Assembly (NCBI RefSeq): GCF_001465295.1
Contig: NZ_CP011034.1
Location: forward strand, 570,001 to 602,000
Length of the DNA stretch: 32,000 nucleotides
From: Pseudoalteromonas translucida KMM 520
GTDB lineage: Bacteria > Pseudomonadota > Gammaproteobacteria > Enterobacterales > Alteromonadaceae
Direction: 5' to 3'
The position numbers and the translations under genes are program-made. Positions 28,035 through 32,000 of this stretch are shown in pieces. The notes under the pieces were generated by a model. That model did not search any database. It saw only the letters and a program-made list of their open reading frames with translations, and had not been told where the DNA came from. Numbering within the stretch: position 1 is the first letter of the stretch; every line of letters starts with the position of its first letter.

Positions 28035-29165
28035 ATGGATGGTATTTTAAACCTCTGGCATGCTACAGGCATTGCTAACTTTACATTTCCAGCGTTGATT
28101 ATGATTGCGGTAGGCTGTTTATTATTGTTTTTGGCAATAGCCAAAAAATTTGAACCCCTATTATTATTACCTATCGGCTTTGGTGCAATATTAACTAATA
28201 TTCCAGTGGCTGGTTTATCCGACCCCGGCGGGTTACTGCATTATGTGTATTACGTAGGTATTGATACGGGTATTTTTCCACTATTAATATTTATGGGAGT
28301 AGGCGCGTTAACTGATTTTAGTGCGCTAATTGCTAATCCTCGTATGTTGCTATTAGGTGCGGCTGCACAGTTTGGTATTTTTGCTACTTTGTTTGGCGCT
28401 ATTTTACTTAACTATGTACCGGGTTTTGAATTTAGCCTGCAAGATGCGTCGGCAATTGCGATAATTGGTGGAGCCGATGGCCCAACCGCTATATTTTTAG
28501 CCTCTAAATTAGCCCCGGACTTGTTAGGTGCAATTGCGGTAGCTGCTTATTCGTATATGGCATTAGTGCCAATTATTCAGCCGCCAATCATGCGCGCATT
28601 AACCACGGTTGAAGAGCGTCAAATAAAAATGCCAGAGCTGCGCAAAGTATCTAAAAAAGAGAAAATTATTTTTCCGTTAATGGTACTTAGTTTAACAGCA
28701 ATGTTTTTACCTGCGGCGATACCTCTGGTTGGTATGTTTTGTTTAGGTAACTTAATGCGAGAGTCGGGTGTTGTTGACCGCTTAAGTAACAGTGCCCAAA
28801 ACGAAATTATAAATATTACGACCATATTTTTAGGCCTAGCTGTGGGCTCAAAGCTTGCAGCCGATAAGTTTTTAACATTAGAGACCATAGGTATTTTAGT
28901 ACTTGGTGCACTCGCTTTTGCTATAGGTACAGCCTCGGGCGTGTTCATGGCTAAAGGGTTAAATAAAATATCTAAAACGCCGATTAATCCACTCATAGGT
29001 GCTGCAGGAGTATCGGCTGTACCCATGGCGGCGCGGGTAGTAAATAAAGTAGGCCTTGAGAGCAATCCGCATAACTTTTTACTTATGCATGCAATGGGGC
29101 CAAATGTTGCCGGAGTCCTAGGCAGCGCAGTTGCAGCAGGTATTTTATTAGCACTTGTTGGCTAA
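28035..29165 (+). CDS. oadB: Oxaloacetate decarboxylase beta subunit (Na+ pump)
   Basis: 376-aa polytopic membrane protein in the OadB/GcdB/MmdB family ([16 protein letters not shown]). Confidence 0.9.
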   Translation: MDGILNLWHATGIANFTFPALIMIAVGCLLLFLAIAKKFEPLLLLPIGFGAILTNIPVAGLSDPGGLLHYVYYVGIDTGIFPLLIFMGVGALTDFSALIANPRMLLLGAAAQFGIFATLFGAILLNYVPGFEFSLQDASAIAIIGGADGPTAIFLASKLAPDLLGAIAVAAYSYMALVPIIQPPIMRALTTVEERQIKMPELRKVSKKEKIIFPLMVLSLTAMFLPAAIPLVGMFCLGNLMRESGVVDRLSNSAQNEIINITTIFLGLAVGSKLAADKFLTLETIGILVLGALAFAIGTASGVFMAKGLNKISKTPINPLIGAAGVSAVPMAARVVNKVGLESNPHNFLLMHAMGPNVAGVLGSAVAAGILLALVG

Positions 29166-29190
29166 CATTAATTTTTAAATCCAACCGATT

Positions 29191-29216
29191 AGCGCAGTTT
29201 ACTGCGCTTTTTTTTA
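29191..29216 (+). terminator. oadGAB terminator
   Basis: AGCGCAG-TTTA-CTGCGCT followed by T8. Confidence 0.8.
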
Positions 29217-29313
29217 TGCTTAATTTATAGGGATAGGTTTTTATTGTTCCTGATGAAAAACCCCGTCATAAATTTATGTTGGGGATGTAAGTCTTTAATA
29301 CGTAGCATTAACA

Positions 29314-29733
29314 TTACTTAGGTCTATTTTGTTGTTCTATATAGGCTGTTAATACGTCCAATGACGCGCCACCGCAAGATCCAGCAAAGTAGCTAGGCGA
29401 CCAAAGCGCACCGTTCCATAAGTAGCGGTGTATTTCTGTAAACTCTTTCCTCATTAGTCTTGAGCTAACACCTTTAAGCGAATTAATTAATTTACTTAAT
29501 TGTACTTTAGGAGGGTATTCAATTAACAAATGAACGTGATCTTGCTCACCGTTAAATTCGACTAAATCAACTTCAAAATCTTTACACACATCTAATAGTA
29601 TCGCCTCTAGCCGATTTAAAATTACATCATTAAACACCTTGCGCCTGTATTTTGTCACGAATACTAAATGTGCATGTAATGCGCTAACACAGTGCCGACC
29701 TTTTCTTACTTCTGCCTCATTCTTATGCGTCAT
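29314..29733 (-). CDS. tnpA: IS200/IS605 Y1 (HUH) transposase TnpA
   Basis: 139 aa from ATG 29733 (MTHKNEAEVRKGRH...). HUH motif in SALHAHLVFVTKYRR and the catalytic Tyr region LTAYIEQQ. The track start at 29805 adds 24 implausible residues. Confidence 0.9.
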   Translation of the reverse strand: MTHKNEAEVRKGRHCVSALHAHLVFVTKYRRKVFNDVILNRLEAILLDVCKDFEVDLVEFNGEQDHVHLLIEYPPKVQLSKLINSLKGVSSRLMRKEFTEIHRYLWNGALWSPSYFAGSCGGASLDVLTAYIEQQNRPK

Positions 29734-29752
29734 AATTATAATAGACCAATAG

Positions 29753-29780
29753 TTGATTGTCATACTTAGGTATATATAAT
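29753..29780 (+). promoter_or_regulatory. Candidate sigma70 promoter for tnpB
   Basis: TTGATT (29753-29758), 16-nt spacer, consensus TATAAT (29775-29780). AAGGAG SD at 29791-29796 precedes GTG 29806. Confidence 0.45.
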
Positions 29781-29805
29781 AAGAGAAAGCAAGGAGTAAG
29801 ACCAA

Positions 29806-30903
29806 GTGATTTTAATAGCATACAAATACAGAGTTTACCCAAATAATGAACAGGCGCTAATGCTTACTCATACATTTGGCTGTGTTCGTTTCGCTTATAA
29901 TTCAGCACTTGGTTACTCTAAAGGGCAATACGACTTAGGTAATAAAACCAATTATAACGATTGGAGTAAAAACCTCACTCAGCTTAAAAAGAACCCTGAT
30001 TTTGCATGGTTGAAAGATGTTTCAAGTGTGCCATTGCAGCAAGCATTAAAGCACCTAGATAAAGGCTTTAAATCATTCTTTAAGTCAGGCTTTGGCTACC
30101 CTAAGTTTAAAAATAAACATGGTAATCAATCAGTAAGCTATATGAGTAACGGCTTTAAGTGGGAGGCTGATAAGCAATCGTTAACACTTGCTAAGATGAA
30201 GCAGCCATTAAAAATCAAGTGGTCACGCTCATTTACTGGTAAGCCTAGTTCGCTGACTGTATCTAAAACTAAATCAGGTAAGTACTTCATTAGTATCTTA
30301 GTTAAAGAAGATATTAAAAAACTACCAGTAGCTAATAAAACGGTAGGCGTAGACGTTGGCATTAAAGATCTTGCTATCTGTTCGGATGGCACTAAGTTCA
30401 ATAATCCACGATTAACAAACAAGTACGCTAGCAAGCTAGCCAAAGCACAACGTAAACTAGCCAAGAAGAAAAAAGGCTCCAACAACTTCAACAAGCAAAA
30501 ACGTGTTGTTGCTCGAATTCACGAAAAGATAGCAAACTCACGCAAAGACTTTACCCAAAAAATGACAACGAAACTTGTAAACGAAAACCAAGTGATAGGG
30601 ATCGAGTCATTGAAAGTCAAAAACATGGTTAAGAACCGTAAGCTATCTAAGCATATCCACGATGCTAATTTTGGTGAAATAGTAAGACAGTTAGAATATA
30701 AAGCCGATTGGTATGGCCGTAAAGTGTCAGCTATTAGCCAGTGGTTTCCATCAAGTAAAATGTGTAATGAGTGCGGTTCGCTGTATTCTGGTAAATGGTC
30801 ATTAGCTATAAGAACGTGGTCTTGTGAATGTGGAGCTATTCACGATAGAGATCATAATGCTGCTATTAATATCCATAATGAGGGGTTAAGGCTAATAGCT
30901 TAA
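29806..30903 (+). CDS. tnpB: TnpB (IS605 OrfB) RuvC-like RNA-guided endonuclease
   Basis: N-terminus ILIAYKYRVYPNNEQ. RuvC-I D (VGVDVGIKD), RuvC-II E (VIGIESLKVKNM), Cys-rich module (CNECGS...WSCECG) and RuvC-III D (HDRDHNAAINI) are all present. Confidence 0.9.
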   Translation: MILIAYKYRVYPNNEQALMLTHTFGCVRFAYNSALGYSKGQYDLGNKTNYNDWSKNLTQLKKNPDFAWLKDVSSVPLQQALKHLDKGFKSFFKSGFGYPKFKNKHGNQSVSYMSNGFKWEADKQSLTLAKMKQPLKIKWSRSFTGKPSSLTVSKTKSGKYFISILVKEDIKKLPVANKTVGVDVGIKDLAICSDGTKFNNPRLTNKYASKLAKAQRKLAKKKKGSNNFNKQKRVVARIHEKIANSRKDFTQKMTTKLVNENQVIGIESLKVKNMVKNRKLSKHIHDANFGEIVRQLEYKADWYGRKVSAISQWFPSSKMCNECGSLYSGKWSLAIRTWSCECGAIHDRDHNAAINIHNEGLRLIA

Positions 30904-31036
30904 ATAATTTGTGGCGGTAGGTAGTACCGACACATTAAATGCTTGTAAGAGGTTTTAGAAGTCTAAAGTGATCTAATATCACAATGCTTAAACCGTTGAC
31001 GACAAGAATCCCCTGATTTATCTAGGGGTACTTCAA
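30904..31036 (+). ncRNA. Candidate omega-RNA (reRNA) scaffold / right end of the IS605-type element; the 5' limit probably lies inside tnpB
   Basis: Non-coding stretch after the tnpB stop with several small hairpins (CGGTA-GGTAG-TACCG, GTGAT-CTAAT-ATCAC, CCCCT-GATTTATCT-AGGGG). The call rests on position and family knowledge only. Confidence 0.4.
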
Positions 31037-31087
31037 TGACTGTTTTTGTTACAGTAAGCTACTTGTAATTAAGTAAGGATAGCCGGC

Positions 31088-32000
31088 ATGCATGACACTC
31101 CTTTGGCAAAATATTTACCTAATGTTAGCAAGCTCATATTTGGTTGTATGGGACTTGGGGGAGGCTGGAATAAAGACCCCTTAACTAATCTCATACCCAG
31201 CAGGCCCATGCTTGTATAGATACAGCAATAGCCGGTGGCATTAATTTTTTTGATCACGCCGATATTTATACATTTGGTAAAGCTGAGCAGGTGTTTGGCC
31301 AAGTCCTTAAGCAGCGCCCAGAGCTGAGAGAGCAAATTTATATTCAGTCAAAGTGTGGAATTCGTTTTGCCGATGAGCAAGGGCCAAAGCGCTACGACTT
31401 ATCAAAGCAATGGATTGAGCAATCAGTAGAGGGCTCTCTTAAGCGGTTAAATACTGATTATTTAGATGTACTTATGCTGCACAGACCCGACCCTTTGATA
31501 CAAGTTGAAGAAGTAGCTCAGGTATTTAGTCGCTTAAAAGAAAGTGGCAAAGTACGTCATTTTGCGGTGTCTAATATGTCGCAGCAACAAATACAGTTTT
31601 TACAAACAGCCCTTGATATGCCCATAGTTGCCAACCAAATTGAAGCAAGCTTAAAGCAATCAGCCTGGGTTGATGAGGGGGTATATGTCGGTAACCGCGA
31701 TGGCAAAGACATTAACTTTACTCCCGGCTTTATAGAATATTGCACCGAGCAGGAAATACAAATTCAAAGCTGGGGTAGCTTATGCCAAGGATTATATTCA
31801 GGAAAACAGCTGCAAAATGCATCTCCAGCAGATATTAATACCGCTATATTAGTTAATAAGTTAGCGGCACTTTATAGCACGTCTGCCGAGGCCATTGTAT
31901 TGGCTTGGTTACTGCGCCATCCGGCATTAATTCAACCGGTAATAGGCACAACGAATGCTAAGCGACTTGCTGCATCGTGCAGCGCTGTAAATATAGAATT
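31088..32000 (+). pseudogene. Aldo/keto reductase (YdhF-like), frameshifted near codon 34; 3' end outside window
   Basis: ATG 31088 gives MHDTPLAKYLPNVSKLIFGCMGLGGGWNKDPLTN..., which hits TAG at 31217. The AKR sequence continues in the -1 frame from 31189 (SHTQQAHACIDTAIAGGINFFDHADIYTFGKAEQVFG...SKCGIRF...LHRPDPL...) to the window end. Confidence 0.65.

Larger units (their letters stand above)
29245..31036 (+). mobile_element. IS200/IS605-family element (IS605-like divergent tnpA/tnpB); boundaries approximate
   Basis: tnpA (Y1 HUH) and tnpB together, with subterminal hairpins on the + strand: LE CCCCGTCATAAATTTATGTTGGGG (29261-29284) and RE CCCCTGATTTATCTAGGGG (31010-31028). The right end is placed at TCAA 31033-31036 by analogy with IS608. 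The left end lies somewhere between 29217 and 29260. Confidence 0.8.

Noticed and set aside
26501-29065. Minus-strand ORFs inside oadA and oadB (for example 27310..27639 and 28619..29065)
   Set aside because: They are antisense to strongly supported genes and show no independent signals.
30138-30494. 118-aa minus-strand ORF inside tnpB
   Set aside because: It is antisense to tnpB. It has no SD and no recognisable family.
31069-31745. Minus-strand ORFs 31069..31335 and 31557..31745
   Set aside because: They are antisense to the aldo/keto reductase reading frames, which explain the region better.
1-32000. Defence island, toxin-antitoxin pair, retron, prophage or integron content
   Set aside because: Every multi-gene block resolves to recognisable housekeeping or metabolic functions, or to one of the two IS elements. 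There is no cluster of unknown genes, reverse transcriptase, nuclease/ATPase pair or attC-like repeat.

Overview
This is an AT-rich gammaproteobacterial chromosome segment. Gene content and order resemble a marine Alteromonadales genome such as Pseudoalteromonas; that assignment is inference, not a search result. Most of the window is conserved housekeeping. It contains xerD-dsbC-recJ-prfB-lysS (prfB carries the classical programmed +1 frameshift) and a serV/argVYZQ-like tRNA operon with 1 tRNA-Ser(GCU) and 4 tRNA-Arg(ACG). It also contains a NamZ-like / AmiE-like / NhaC-like cluster, a block of single genes (C15-peptidase-like, GST, LMW-PTP, TonB_C protein), ribA, recX-alaS-lysC-csrA, two small membrane/lipoprotein genes, and the oadGAB Na+-pumping oxaloacetate decarboxylase operon. 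There are two mobile elements. The first is a 1398-bp IS4-family element with a frameshifted transposase, inserted into a terminator hairpin inside a 123-bp tandem repeat array that carries tRNA-Arg 3'-half remnants. The second is an IS200/IS605-type element with divergent tnpA (Y1 HUH) and an apparently intact tnpB, next to a frameshifted aldo/keto reductase gene. I saw no rRNA, no CRISPR array and no convincing multi-gene defence or toxin-antitoxin module. The most system-like locus is the TnpA/TnpB element with its presumed omega-RNA, which belongs to a known class. The most unusual sequence structure is the tRNA-remnant tandem repeat. All homology statements come from my own reading of the translations and from memory of protein families; no searches were run.
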